DNA of 41,807 nucleotides from a virus. Every line of letters starts with the position of its first letter. The first letter of the stretch is position 1. Position numbers and translations under genes: made by a program. Positions 7,050 through 16,106 of this stretch are shown here, piece by piece. Location: the IMG/VR virus record IMGVR_UViG_3300045988_107913; one strand, given 5' to 3'. The notes under the pieces are model-generated. The model did no database searches and had not been told where the DNA came from. It saw only the letters and a program-made list of their open reading frames with translations.

Positions 7050-8087
7050 ATGGGCCAGAACATCAAAAGAGAAATCATTGACAACATTGTTGTCACCATG
7101 TCGATTTACATTTCAGATCAGGATACGATTGCTATTCTGGATAGCGTGATATCCAGCGAGCTTACAAAGGTTAATTTGCAGGAGATTTGCTCACTTCCGG
7201 CGGAGTGGAAAACTGACGCGGAACAGCGAAACGCATATCTCATTGAGCTTTTTAAGATTAAGAAGCGTGCGCTCAAGAAAGCTACACTGGACGGATATGT
7301 GCGAACGGTAAAGCATTTCGCGGAGATGATTGGCAAACCGCTGGATAAGGCGGATACCTTTGATGTTGAGTGGTATCTCGCACAGTACGAAAAGCGGCCC
7401 GGTACAAAGGGTCCGAGGGTGCAGAATACCTCATACAACAATGAGCGCCGCTTCCTGTCTGCGTTTTATACTTGGATGCGGAAAGCAAAGATCATTGATG
7501 AGAACCCGGTGGAAGCCACAGAGCCGAAAAAAGTTGCGCTTAAGCCTATAGACTATTTCAGCCGAGCCGAGATCATCCATATGCGGGATGCGTGCAAGAA
7601 CGTTCGAGAGCGTGCCATCATTGAAGTATTTCGCAGCACCGGTGCGCGTGTAGGTGAGATTTCAGAGATAAGAACCGAACAGGTCAATCTTGAGACCGGA
7701 GATATTCTGATCGAGGGAGAAAAAGGCGGTAGATATCGCACACTGTATTTGGATGATGATGCGCGGTACTACTACGGCATGTATCTTGAAAGCCGGACGG
7801 ATGCCAGCCCGTTCATGTTCCCTCAGTCCAGAAAGCCATACGGACGGATGAGCGTGTGCGGATTCCGCACGATCATTAAAAATGTCGGTGCGCGGGCGGA
7901 TGTGAAAAGCGCCGTATACCCGCACAAGATGCGCAAAACGTTAGGAATGAATTTGAAGAATAGGAAAGTGGACATTGGTATCATACAGGAAATTCTTGGA
8001 CATGCCAGTCCGGCGGTGACAAGCATGTATTATGCACAATCAACGCCGAAAACGCTGAGAGATGTCCGGGAAATGGTACAGATTTAA
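7050..8087 (+). CDS. Tyrosine recombinase (XerC/D-like), the second recombinase of the genome
   Basis: Catalytic pattern R (FRSTGARVGEI), H-x-x-R (HKMRKTLG), H (LGHASPAVT) and Y (SMYY). RBS AGAGGAGG. Confidence 0.85.
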   Translation: MGQNIKREIIDNIVVTMSIYISDQDTIAILDSVISSELTKVNLQEICSLPAEWKTDAEQRNAYLIELFKIKKRALKKATLDGYVRTVKHFAEMIGKPLDKADTFDVEWYLAQYEKRPGTKGPRVQNTSYNNERRFLSAFYTWMRKAKIIDENPVEATEPKKVALKPIDYFSRAEIIHMRDACKNVRERAIIEVFRSTGARVGEISEIRTEQVNLETGDILIEGEKGGRYRTLYLDDDARYYYGMYLESRTDASPFMFPQSRKPYGRMSVCGFRTIIKNVGARADVKSAVYPHKMRKTLGMNLKNRKVDIGIIQEILGHASPAVTSMYYAQSTPKTLRDVREMVQI

Positions 8088-8096
8088 GGAGCAATA

Positions 8097-8279
8097 ATGG
8101 AAGACAACACAATAACGACAGTGGAATGTTGGAAACTGCGGGGGCTTATCAGTGATGTAACAAACTGGTGTATTCTAACACGTGATGAGTATAATCAGAT
8201 TTGTGACATTGTCATGGGAGCAATGCAAAGATGTGTATGGGAGAGTGACAAAAATGAGAATACGACCGATTCTGCTTAA
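8097..8279 (+). CDS. Hypothetical protein
   Basis: AAGGAG RBS. 60-aa ORF. Confidence 0.5.
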   Translation: MEDNTITTVECWKLRGLISDVTNWCILTRDEYNQICDIVMGAMQRCVWESDKNENTTDSA

Positions 8280-8949
8280 CGGAGACATGGTGCGGGCAAT
8301 TCTGGACGGAAGAAAGACTTGCACACGGCGAGTAATAAAGCCACAGTTGGAAGAATGCCCAAATTGCAAGCATGTGCATAATGAGTACATATACGACAAG
8401 ATGGCAGAAAATGTATACTGTGCAAGATGTGGCTATCCGTTGGTGCCGGAAAGAAGAGTTCCATATCAGCCGGGCGATATCCTGTATGTCCGGGAAACAT
8501 GGTGTGGATGGTACTTACCACTTGTAGGTATGCACTATTGCTACAGAGCAACAGAACCGGATGGAAATAAAAGGCCAACATCACCAGAATATGACTGTGA
8601 TGTGGAGAAAATATCGTGGCACCCATCCATCCACATGCCGAAAGAAGCAGCTCGTATCTGGCTTAAGGTTACGGATGTAAGAGTGGAGCGGTTGCAGAGC
8701 ATTACCGAAGAGGGAGCGATCAGAGAAGGAGCAGAAGGAGAAAAGTGCCACCATACAAATGCAGGAGCATTCGGATGCATCGACTGTATGAATACTGGAT
8801 GGATTGAACCTCCACAGGTTGAATTTATGCAGATCTGGGATTCGACCATCAAGAAATCTGATCTTGACCGCTACGGATGGGATGCGAACCCATACGTGTT
8901 TGTGATACAGTTTGTTAAAAGTGATAGGCCGGAGGAGTCAGAAAAATAA
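8254..8949 (+). CDS. ASCH/PUA-like domain protein with Cys-rich inserts
   Basis: MRIRPILLNGDMVRAILDGRKTCTRR ... GDILYVRETW ... WHPSIHMPKEAARIWLKVTDVRVERLQ is the conserved pattern of phage ASCH-like proteins often found next to methyltransferases. Confidence 0.6.
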   Translation: MRIRPILLNGDMVRAILDGRKTCTRRVIKPQLEECPNCKHVHNEYIYDKMAENVYCARCGYPLVPERRVPYQPGDILYVRETWCGWYLPLVGMHYCYRATEPDGNKRPTSPEYDCDVEKISWHPSIHMPKEAARIWLKVTDVRVERLQSITEEGAIREGAEGEKCHHTNAGAFGCIDCMNTGWIEPPQVEFMQIWDSTIKKSDLDRYGWDANPYVFVIQFVKSDRPEESEK

Positions 8950-9309
8950 ATGAACATTGGTAAAAATATTAAAAGAATCCGCATCAAGAAAGGTTTTACC
9001 CAATTGCATTCTGCAAAACTGTGCGGGATGTTTGACTCTCAATACAGACGCTATGAGAGCGGCAAGAGCAATCCACGGGCCAGTACAGTAGAGAGAATTG
9101 CATCAGCGTTGAACGTACCGGTTAGTGAGCTTTACAAGCAGCCAAAGTATCCGGTACAATACGCAGATAATCTTGCTCCATTCTGCCCGGTATGCGGAAG
9201 TGCCGAATACATGGAAAACCCAGACGGCAATGAGAATAGCTATTGCGGTAAGTGTGGCACTCTGTTGGACTGGGAGAACATGGAGGATGTGGACGCGGTG
9301 GATGTATAA
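8950..9309 (+). CDS. XRE-family HTH protein with C-terminal zinc ribbon
   Basis: N-terminal HTH IGKNIKRIRIKKGFTQ...ESGKSNP...VERIASALNVPVSELY. C-terminal CPVCGS...CGKCG. Confidence 0.7.
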   Translation: MNIGKNIKRIRIKKGFTQLHSAKLCGMFDSQYRRYESGKSNPRASTVERIASALNVPVSELYKQPKYPVQYADNLAPFCPVCGSAEYMENPDGNENSYCGKCGTLLDWENMEDVDAVDV

Positions 9310-9363
9310 CCATATGAACAAAGGAACACGAGAAAAAATATATGGAAAATAAGCTATAAAAAG

Positions 9364-9417
9364 AAACGAGATGTATCAAGAAAAAATATGGTGATACATC
9401 TCGTTTTAGATTTTTTA
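9364..9417 (+). terminator. Rho-independent terminator
   Basis: 15-bp stem AAACGAGATGTATCA / TGATACATCTCGTTT followed by TAGATTTTTT. Confidence 0.8.
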
Positions 9418-9483
9418 AAATGAAAATAGGGTGATAGTATATGAACCTTAACCAGATACAAAGAAAACTGCAAGGGGGATTTT

Positions 9484-10611
9484 ATGAACGTAAAAGAAAT
9501 TAACATAAAAGACATAAGGCCATATGAGAAAAACCCTCGCAAAAACAACAGTGCTGTAGCATATGTAGCAGAAAGCATAAAACAGTTTGGGTTTAAAGTT
9601 CCGATAATTATTGATAAAAACAATGTCATTGTTGCGGGGCATACCAGATATAAAGCTGCCAAAAAACTTGGTATAAATACTGTCCCGGTCATTATCGCAG
9701 ATGACCTTACGGATGAGCAGATAAAAGCATTTCGGCTGGCAGACAACAAGGTCGCGGAACAAGCAGAATGGGACATAGATTTGCTCAATGAAGAACTGGA
9801 AGAAATATTCGATATTGACATGACTGACTTCGGCTTTGAGGTACTGGAAGAAGAGAAAGAAGTTGAAGAGGACGGCTACGAGCCTGTAAAACCAAAAGAA
9901 CCAGTAACACAAAAGGGCGATATTTGGAAAATGGGAGAGCATGTTCTTTTGTGCGGTGATAGCACGTGCACAACAGATGTCGAAAAACTGATGCAAGGTG
10001 AAAAAGCAGATATGTGCTTCACGGATCCTCCTTATGGATATGAGTATCAGAGCAATGCGAGAAATAAAAGTAAAAAATTTGATGTTATCGAAAATGATGA
10101 TAAGATATTAGACTTTTTCCCAAATATACAGTTAGTATGTAATGGCTTTGTATTCGTATGCACAACGTGGAAAGTTCTTGATAAATGGCTGCCGCTTTTT
10201 AAAAAATATCATGAGCTAACCAACATGATTATCTGGAATAAGGGCGGCGGTGGAATTGGAGATTTAAAACACACTTTTAGCACAGACTATGAAGTTATAC
10301 TTTGCGCAAGCAATGGTAAGGAATTAACAGGAAAAAGAATAGGGTCAGTATGGACCATCAAAAAAGATTCATCGTCCAGTTATGTGCATCCAACGCAAAA
10401 ACCAGTTAAGTTGTCCGAGTTTGCGATACGAAACACAACAGAGCGCGGCGACATCGTGCTTGATTTGTTCGGCGGCTCCGGATCAACGCTGATTGCATGC
10501 GAACAGATGGAAAGAAAATGCAGAATAATGGAGTATGATCCTGCTTACTGTGATGTCATAGTGGATAGGTGGGAAAAGTTTACGGGTAACAAAGCAGAAT
10601 TGGTCCGTTGA
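9484..10611 (+). CDS. ParB-like nuclease domain fused to a beta-class N6A/N4C DNA methyltransferase
   Basis: ParB-N-like segment IRPYEKNPRKN...GHTRYKAAKKLG. DPPY motif (CFTDPPYGY) precedes the FGGSGST AdoMet motif. Confidence 0.85.
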   Translation: MNVKEINIKDIRPYEKNPRKNNSAVAYVAESIKQFGFKVPIIIDKNNVIVAGHTRYKAAKKLGINTVPVIIADDLTDEQIKAFRLADNKVAEQAEWDIDLLNEELEEIFDIDMTDFGFEVLEEEKEVEEDGYEPVKPKEPVTQKGDIWKMGEHVLLCGDSTCTTDVEKLMQGEKADMCFTDPPYGYEYQSNARNKSKKFDVIENDDKILDFFPNIQLVCNGFVFVCTTWKVLDKWLPLFKKYHELTNMIIWNKGGGGIGDLKHTFSTDYEVILCASNGKELTGKRIGSVWTIKKDSSSSYVHPTQKPVKLSEFAIRNTTERGDIVLDLFGGSGSTLIACEQMERKCRIMEYDPAYCDVIVDRWEKFTGNKAELVR

Positions 10612-10639
10612 AGAAAAAGAAAGGTGAGAAGCTGATTGC

Positions 10640-12199
10640 ATGGCAAACGAGAAAAACTTAATCGCAGGAGCACATAAGCTAACTGTCGATGAACAGTCCA
10701 AGGGCGGAAAAAAATCCGGACAGGCACGCCGAAAAAAAAAGACGCTTTCAGAGCTTGCCAGAATGATTGCAGATAACCCGGCTCCTGATAATGTAAAAAG
10801 AAAACTGGTACAGCTTGGAATTGATGAGGAGAACGCTGACAACAACGCAGCTGTTGCAGCTTCTGTATATAGGAGCGCATTAAAAGGGAACATGTTAGCT
10901 GTCGAAAAGTGGGAGCAACTTACTGCAGTATCAGAAGCCGCCAGAGCGGCGGGTGAGTACCACCTTGACCTTGATATCATAGCCGATGTGTTTCACCCGA
11001 TGGTGCGTGACATCCGAAGCGGACTACACACAGAATATGTTTTGCCCGGCGGACGCGGTAGTACGAAGTCTTCCGGGATTTCGTGCATTATCATAGAGCT
11101 ACTGAAAAACCACTCAGATATGCACGCCCTGGCGCTACGTAAGGTCGGTAACACTATCAAGGATTCTGTTTATGCTCAGATTAAGTGGGCCATATCGAAG
11201 ATGGGTCTGGAGAACGAATTTAAGTTCAAGACCTCTCCATTTGAGATAACATACAAGCCGACCGGGCAGAAGATATACTTCCGCGGCGCTGACGATCCAC
11301 TTAAGATTAAGTCCATAAAGCCGGAGTTTGGATACATCGGTATCGTGTGGTTTGAGGAACTGGATCAGTTCGCCGGGCCGGAAGAGGTCAGAAACATACA
11401 GCAGTCAGCTATCCGTGGCGGTGACAAGGCCTACAGGTTTAAATCATTCAACCCCCCAAGGAGCAAAAACAACTGGGCGAATGAGTACACCACGGAAGCA
11501 GAGTTCAAGGATTCTTCTTCAAAGGTGGTCCGAAGCACATACAAGGATGTCCCGGCAGAATGGTTGGGTGAACAGTTCATCAATGATGCCGAGCATCTGA
11601 AAGAGGTCAATCCTGCTGCCTACGACAACGAGTACATGGGAGAAGCCAACGGAAACGGCGGCAATGTCTTTGAATTTATCGAAGAACGGACGATCGCTGA
11701 TGAAGAAATTAGCCGGATGGACCGCATCTATCAGGGCGTTGACTGGGGATTCTACCCGGATAAATATGCTTTTGTGCGAATATATTACGATTCTGCACGT
11801 GAGACTATATTCTTCATAGATGAGATGTACGAAAACAAAAAAACGAACAGTTGGACATCTGCGGAGATAAAACGGCGCGGATATGATGACTACGTTATAA
11901 CTTGCGACAGCGCAGAGCCTAAATCTGTGACGGATTACAGAGACAATGGATTACCGGCAAGACCGGCGAAGAAAGGCCCCGGAAGCGTTGAATATTCTAT
12001 GAAGTGGCTACAGGGAAAGAAACTGGTTATGGACCCGAACCGAACACCAGAAGCCTGCAAAGAATTTAAGAAATACGAATACGACCGGGACAAGGACGGC
12101 AATATCATAAGCGGCTATCCAGACCGGGACAATCATTTAATTGATGCGACCCGTTACGCTACGGAATCGCTGTGGGAGAGACGGGGGAATAGTGCATAA
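10640..12199 (+). CDS. terL: Terminase large subunit (PBSX-like) with a roughly 100-aa N-terminal extension
   Basis: Walker A VLPGGRGSTKSSG. The C-terminal nuclease half has DNHLIDATRYA. It sits upstream of the portal gene. Confidence 0.9.
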   Translation: MANEKNLIAGAHKLTVDEQSKGGKKSGQARRKKKTLSELARMIADNPAPDNVKRKLVQLGIDEENADNNAAVAASVYRSALKGNMLAVEKWEQLTAVSEAARAAGEYHLDLDIIADVFHPMVRDIRSGLHTEYVLPGGRGSTKSSGISCIIIELLKNHSDMHALALRKVGNTIKDSVYAQIKWAISKMGLENEFKFKTSPFEITYKPTGQKIYFRGADDPLKIKSIKPEFGYIGIVWFEELDQFAGPEEVRNIQQSAIRGGDKAYRFKSFNPPRSKNNWANEYTTEAEFKDSSSKVVRSTYKDVPAEWLGEQFINDAEHLKEVNPAAYDNEYMGEANGNGGNVFEFIEERTIADEEISRMDRIYQGVDWGFYPDKYAFVRIYYDSARETIFFIDEMYENKKTNSWTSAEIKRRGYDDYVITCDSAEPKSVTDYRDNGLPARPAKKGPGSVEYSMKWLQGKKLVMDPNRTPEACKEFKKYEYDRDKDGNIISGYPDRDNHLIDATRYATESLWERRGNSA

Positions 12200-13644
12200 T
12201 GGGACTTATAACAACACTAAAAAGGTGGTTTAACATGATTTTCAAAAAACAAGCCGAAGAGGATTTTAATATCCAGGCAGCAGAATTTCCAGAAATGGAA
12301 TCACTAATTAACCGGTGTGCGAACATCTACAGAGGCCTACCGGACTGGTTAGATGATAAGAATAAAATCAAGACGATTAATTTCGCGAAATCTGTCTGCT
12401 CAGAGACAGCTCGGCTCACAACATTGGCGATCGGCATTCAGATAGGCGGCTCCGCAAGGGCTACATGGCTACAGAAGCAGATTGACAAGGTATATTTCCA
12501 AATCCGGCACTGGGTAGAATATGGCTGTGCTTATGGAACGGTATTTATCAAACCAAACGGTGAGAGCCTTGATGTATTTACCTTAGCAGACGTGATGATT
12601 GTAGATTATGACAATCAGGAAATCAAAGGGATTATATTTAAGGATTCTTATACAGTTGGACGGAAATACTATACAAGGCTTGAATATCATAGATTCTTTG
12701 AGACTACAATAGATGGAGTGACAACTTATCCGTATTATGTTTCTAATAGAGCTTACGTATCAAAATCTCCTCAGAGCATCGGAGATAGAATCGACCTTAA
12801 ACAGACCAAATGGGCTGACCTCATGGCAGATACACCGCCGATACTCAAGGCAAACGGTGAGAAGCTGGACAAACCATTATACGGAGTACTGCGGACACCA
12901 CAGGCAAACAATGTAGATATCAGTACGCCACTTGGGCTTCCGATATTTGCCGAAGCCATTGAAGAGCTGAAAGACCTTGACATTGCATACAGCCGTAATG
13001 CCGGAGAGATTTTCGATTCTCAGAAGATTGTCCTGGCAGATGATAGACTGCTGATGCCAAGTGGTACACCTGTGTCAGCCATGTCTCCACAGGGTATGGA
13101 GAACAGACGAAATGAGATGAACTTACCACACTTTGTCAAGAATGTATTCGGACAGGACGAGAAAGAGTTTTATCAAGAAATCAATCCACAGCTCAACACG
13201 GATACCCGTATAAGCGGCATAAATGCCCTTTTAAACCAGATAGGATATAAGATTGGATTTTCCAACGGATATTTTGTTTTTAATGAAAAAACCGGTATGG
13301 TGACGGCTAAGCAGGTAGAATCAGACGACCGGCGGACAATTCAGTTTATCAAGGACGTTCGGGATAAGCTGGAGGATTGTTTGAATGGCGTAATCTATGC
13401 ACTCAATGTTTTTGCCGATCTGTACGGTCTGACTCCGGTTGGTGCGTATGAAGTAACATACGACTTCGGAGACATAACTTACAACAGAGAAGAAGACCGG
13501 TCGAGATGGTGGCAGTATGTTGTACAGGGAAAGGTTCCAGCGTGGTACTACTTCGTCAAATTCGAGGGCATGACCGAAGAGGACGCAAAGGCTATGGTTG
13601 AGGAAGCACAGCCGGAAGAAAAAAGGCTGTTTGATGAAGAATAG
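12199..13644 (+). CDS. Portal protein
   Basis: 481 aa with a TAATG overlap with terL. Call rests on position and size; no motif verified. Confidence 0.75.
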   Translation: MGLITTLKRWFNMIFKKQAEEDFNIQAAEFPEMESLINRCANIYRGLPDWLDDKNKIKTINFAKSVCSETARLTTLAIGIQIGGSARATWLQKQIDKVYFQIRHWVEYGCAYGTVFIKPNGESLDVFTLADVMIVDYDNQEIKGIIFKDSYTVGRKYYTRLEYHRFFETTIDGVTTYPYYVSNRAYVSKSPQSIGDRIDLKQTKWADLMADTPPILKANGEKLDKPLYGVLRTPQANNVDISTPLGLPIFAEAIEELKDLDIAYSRNAGEIFDSQKIVLADDRLLMPSGTPVSAMSPQGMENRRNEMNLPHFVKNVFGQDEKEFYQEINPQLNTDTRISGINALLNQIGYKIGFSNGYFVFNEKTGMVTAKQVESDDRRTIQFIKDVRDKLEDCLNGVIYALNVFADLYGLTPVGAYEVTYDFGDITYNREEDRSRWWQYVVQGKVPAWYYFVKFEGMTEEDAKAMVEEAQPEEKRLFDEE

Positions 13645-13655
13645 GAGGTATGGAG

Positions 13656-14471
13656 ATGATAAGTAACTGTGGGCACGATGAGCGCGGCAAGTATTCCGGC
13701 GGCAAGGCAGGAGATCAGAAAGGCAGCGAATGGGTGGTGATCCCGTGGTATAGACGACCGTGGGGAGTTATGCTGCGCCACCCAAACGCGGCGATCGGAA
13801 GAAAGATTGCAGAGCTTGCGGAAGCGGCGGCAAAGAATGACCATATTGGATATGACCAGGGAGATCGTTATACATTCTGGCAGCAGCTTAAAGCCGCCGG
13901 TTATGACCCGGGAAAAATATCGGTTGACTGCGAGGCGGATTGCAGCTCTGGTGTTGCTGCTATCGTAAAGTCGGTTGGGTATCTGTTACAGGATAAAAAG
14001 CTCCAGTCGGTGAGTGTTTACAGTTACACGGGCAACCTCCGTGCGGCTCTTGTAAAAGCAGGGTTTAACGCATATACGGATAAAGAGTATCTCAACGGGG
14101 ACTCATATTTGCGACCGGGTGATGTGCTGCTGCTGGAAGGACACCATGTGGCGGTAAATCTGGCAACCGGCAAAAACGCGGGAATTGGAACGCTTTTAAA
14201 CGGTTGGCACAAATCTGACGGTAAGTATATGTATTTCTACGGCGGCGAAGCTGTGAAAAACCGTTGGGATCTCATTAACCACCACTGGTATTTATTTGGA
14301 GCGGACGGTTACATGCTGACCGGCTGGCACAGGTGGGACGGGTATACAGTAGACCCGGCAGACAACACGGGGGACTGGTATTATCTTGATGAAACCGCCG
14401 GTGGTGTGCTGGAGGGCGCTTGTTGGCACAGTCGGGACAATGGCAGCATGGAAATCTGGTATGTTGAGTAG
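13656..14471 (+). CDS. Cell-wall hydrolase: Pal/Amidase_5-like Cys-His domain plus cell-wall-binding (choline-binding-like) repeats; likely endolysin
   Basis: The DCSSGVAAI and GDVLLLEGHHVAV motifs parallel the YDCSSS / GGHTGMF motifs of the Dp-1 Pal amidase. C-terminal repeats NGWHKSDGKYMYF / HHWYLFGADGYMLTGWH / GDWYYLDE. AGGAGG lies 7 nt before ATG 13656. Confidence 0.7.
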   Translation: MISNCGHDERGKYSGGKAGDQKGSEWVVIPWYRRPWGVMLRHPNAAIGRKIAELAEAAAKNDHIGYDQGDRYTFWQQLKAAGYDPGKISVDCEADCSSGVAAIVKSVGYLLQDKKLQSVSVYSYTGNLRAALVKAGFNAYTDKEYLNGDSYLRPGDVLLLEGHHVAVNLATGKNAGIGTLLNGWHKSDGKYMYFYGGEAVKNRWDLINHHWYLFGADGYMLTGWHRWDGYTVDPADNTGDWYYLDETAGGVLEGACWHSRDNGSMEIWYVE

Positions 14472-14479
14472 GTGATATC

Positions 14480-15694
14480 ATGTTGACACCGGAGTATCTC
14501 AAACGTGTTGCAGAGGGCAGCGAGGATATAGCATCTTCGCTGCATAGCTATATTATTGCCCGAATCATCGAAGCTATCATGATCCGATTGGGGCGCGGGG
14601 AGAAGTATATACTTACATCATCCGACCGATGGCGCATCCAGATACTACAGGATGCCGGGTATATGTTGCAGGATATCACGCAGGAGATAGCCCGCTGCAC
14701 AAAGTTACAGCGCGAAGAGGTAGCCGCCGCAATGGAAGAAGCCGGAGTAAAGGCTATGGCTTACGATAAGGCTGTATACGAAGCTGCCGGAATCACCACG
14801 GAAGCCCTAGAACAGTCTCCGGCACTAGTGCGGATACTTCAAAGGGATTACGAAGCCACTATGGGCGAGTGGTCGAATATGACAAGAACGACCGCAGAAG
14901 CCGCACAGAGCCTTTTTGTAAGTGAGTGCGACAATGCGTACCATAAGGTCATAAGTGGTGCTGTATCGTACACACAGGCCGTCAGAGAAGCTGTTGATAC
15001 GGTTGCGCAGAATGGTGTTATAGTCCGGTATCCAACGGGGCATAGAGACACCATTGAGACGGCAACAGCGCGTGCGGTGCGCACCGGGATATCTCAGGCT
15101 TCCGGCGACATATCCATGCAGCGGATGAAAGAACAGGAGTGGGACATTATCCTTGTATCTGCACACATCGGAGCCAGAACTGGAGACGGCGGGGCGAATC
15201 CGGGCAATCATCTGTGGTGGCAGGGGCAGTTTTACAGCCGGACGGGGAAAGATAAGCGGTTCCCTCCGTTTTCTGTGACCGGATACGGCACTGGTGAGGG
15301 GCTGGGCGGTTGGAACTGTCGGCATAGCTTTGGCCCCGGTGACGGCATCAACAACCCGTATAAGGACATAGAGACAGCCGACAATGTGTGCATGGAGAAG
15401 CTGGAGCAGCGGCAGCGTGCCCTGGAACGCCGGATTCGCAAGACAAAGCAAGAGGTCATGGCGTTGCAGACTGCGGTTGATAATTGCAAGGATGATGCGC
15501 TGCGTCTGGAACTGCAAGCCGAGCTGGACAGAAAGTCCTATTTGCTTCAGAAGCAGAACAAGGCGTACAATGAGTATTGCAAGACAAATGATTTGCGCCC
15601 GCTTGCGGACCGGCTCAAAATTGCAAAATGGGGACGCGAACAGGCAGCAAAGGCGCGTGGAGCTGCAAAACGGTATGAGCATTTGAAAGGGTGA
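14480..15694 (+). CDS. Minor capsid protein 2 / head-morphogenesis protein (SPP1 gp7-like)
   Basis: N-terminus MLTPEYLKRVAEGSEDIASSLHSYI and the GGWNCRHSF motif. It lies after the portal region. Confidence 0.75.
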   Translation: MLTPEYLKRVAEGSEDIASSLHSYIIARIIEAIMIRLGRGEKYILTSSDRWRIQILQDAGYMLQDITQEIARCTKLQREEVAAAMEEAGVKAMAYDKAVYEAAGITTEALEQSPALVRILQRDYEATMGEWSNMTRTTAEAAQSLFVSECDNAYHKVISGAVSYTQAVREAVDTVAQNGVIVRYPTGHRDTIETATARAVRTGISQASGDISMQRMKEQEWDIILVSAHIGARTGDGGANPGNHLWWQGQFYSRTGKDKRFPPFSVTGYGTGEGLGGWNCRHSFGPGDGINNPYKDIETADNVCMEKLEQRQRALERRIRKTKQEVMALQTAVDNCKDDALRLELQAELDRKSYLLQKQNKAYNEYCKTNDLRPLADRLKIAKWGREQAAKARGAAKRYEHLKG

Positions 15695-16086
15695 TGACCA
15701 TGTACGATGTTGAATGGGAGTATTATAACCCCAACCCCGCTGGAAAACGGGTCGGGGACTGCGTTATTAGGGCTATTTGCAAGGCAACAGGGCAGGACTG
15801 GGAGACGGTGTTTTCTGGCATCATGGTAAAAGCCTGTATGTTGTCGGATATGCCAAGTGCAAATTATGTGTGGGGCGCGTATCTCAAAGATAGAGGGTAT
15901 CAGCGGTATCTGATAGATGATCACAGCCAGAGTATCTATACAGTGTTTGATTTTTGCTGTGAGCATCCGCATGGGACTTACATATTGTGCATTGACGGCC
16001 ATGTTGTTTGTGTGCAGGACGGGCACATATTTGACACATGGGACAGCGGAGGCGAGATCCCGGTGTATTACTGGGAGAAAAAATAA
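15691..16086 (+). CDS. Papain-fold cysteine-peptidase-like protein (tentative)
   Basis: Candidate nucleophile in GDCVIRAICKATG and candidate His in IDGHVVCVQDGHIFD. Start is ambiguous (GTG 15691, ATG 15694 or ATG 15700). Confidence 0.45.
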   Translation: MMTMYDVEWEYYNPNPAGKRVGDCVIRAICKATGQDWETVFSGIMVKACMLSDMPSANYVWGAYLKDRGYQRYLIDDHSQSIYTVFDFCCEHPHGTYILCIDGHVVCVQDGHIFDTWDSGGEIPVYYWEKK

Positions 16087-16106
16087 TACTTTAGGAGATA
16101 AACACT

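Noticed and set aside
9354-9996. 155-aa and 182-aa minus-strand ORFs
   Set aside because: They are antisense to the 5' half of the ParB-methyltransferase gene and to a terminator. The region is AT-rich and the translations are Phe/Ile/Leu-rich, which is typical of spurious frames.
14825-15682. 285-aa minus-strand ORF
   Set aside because: It is antisense to the head-morphogenesis gene, which has recognisable family motifs. No RBS is present.
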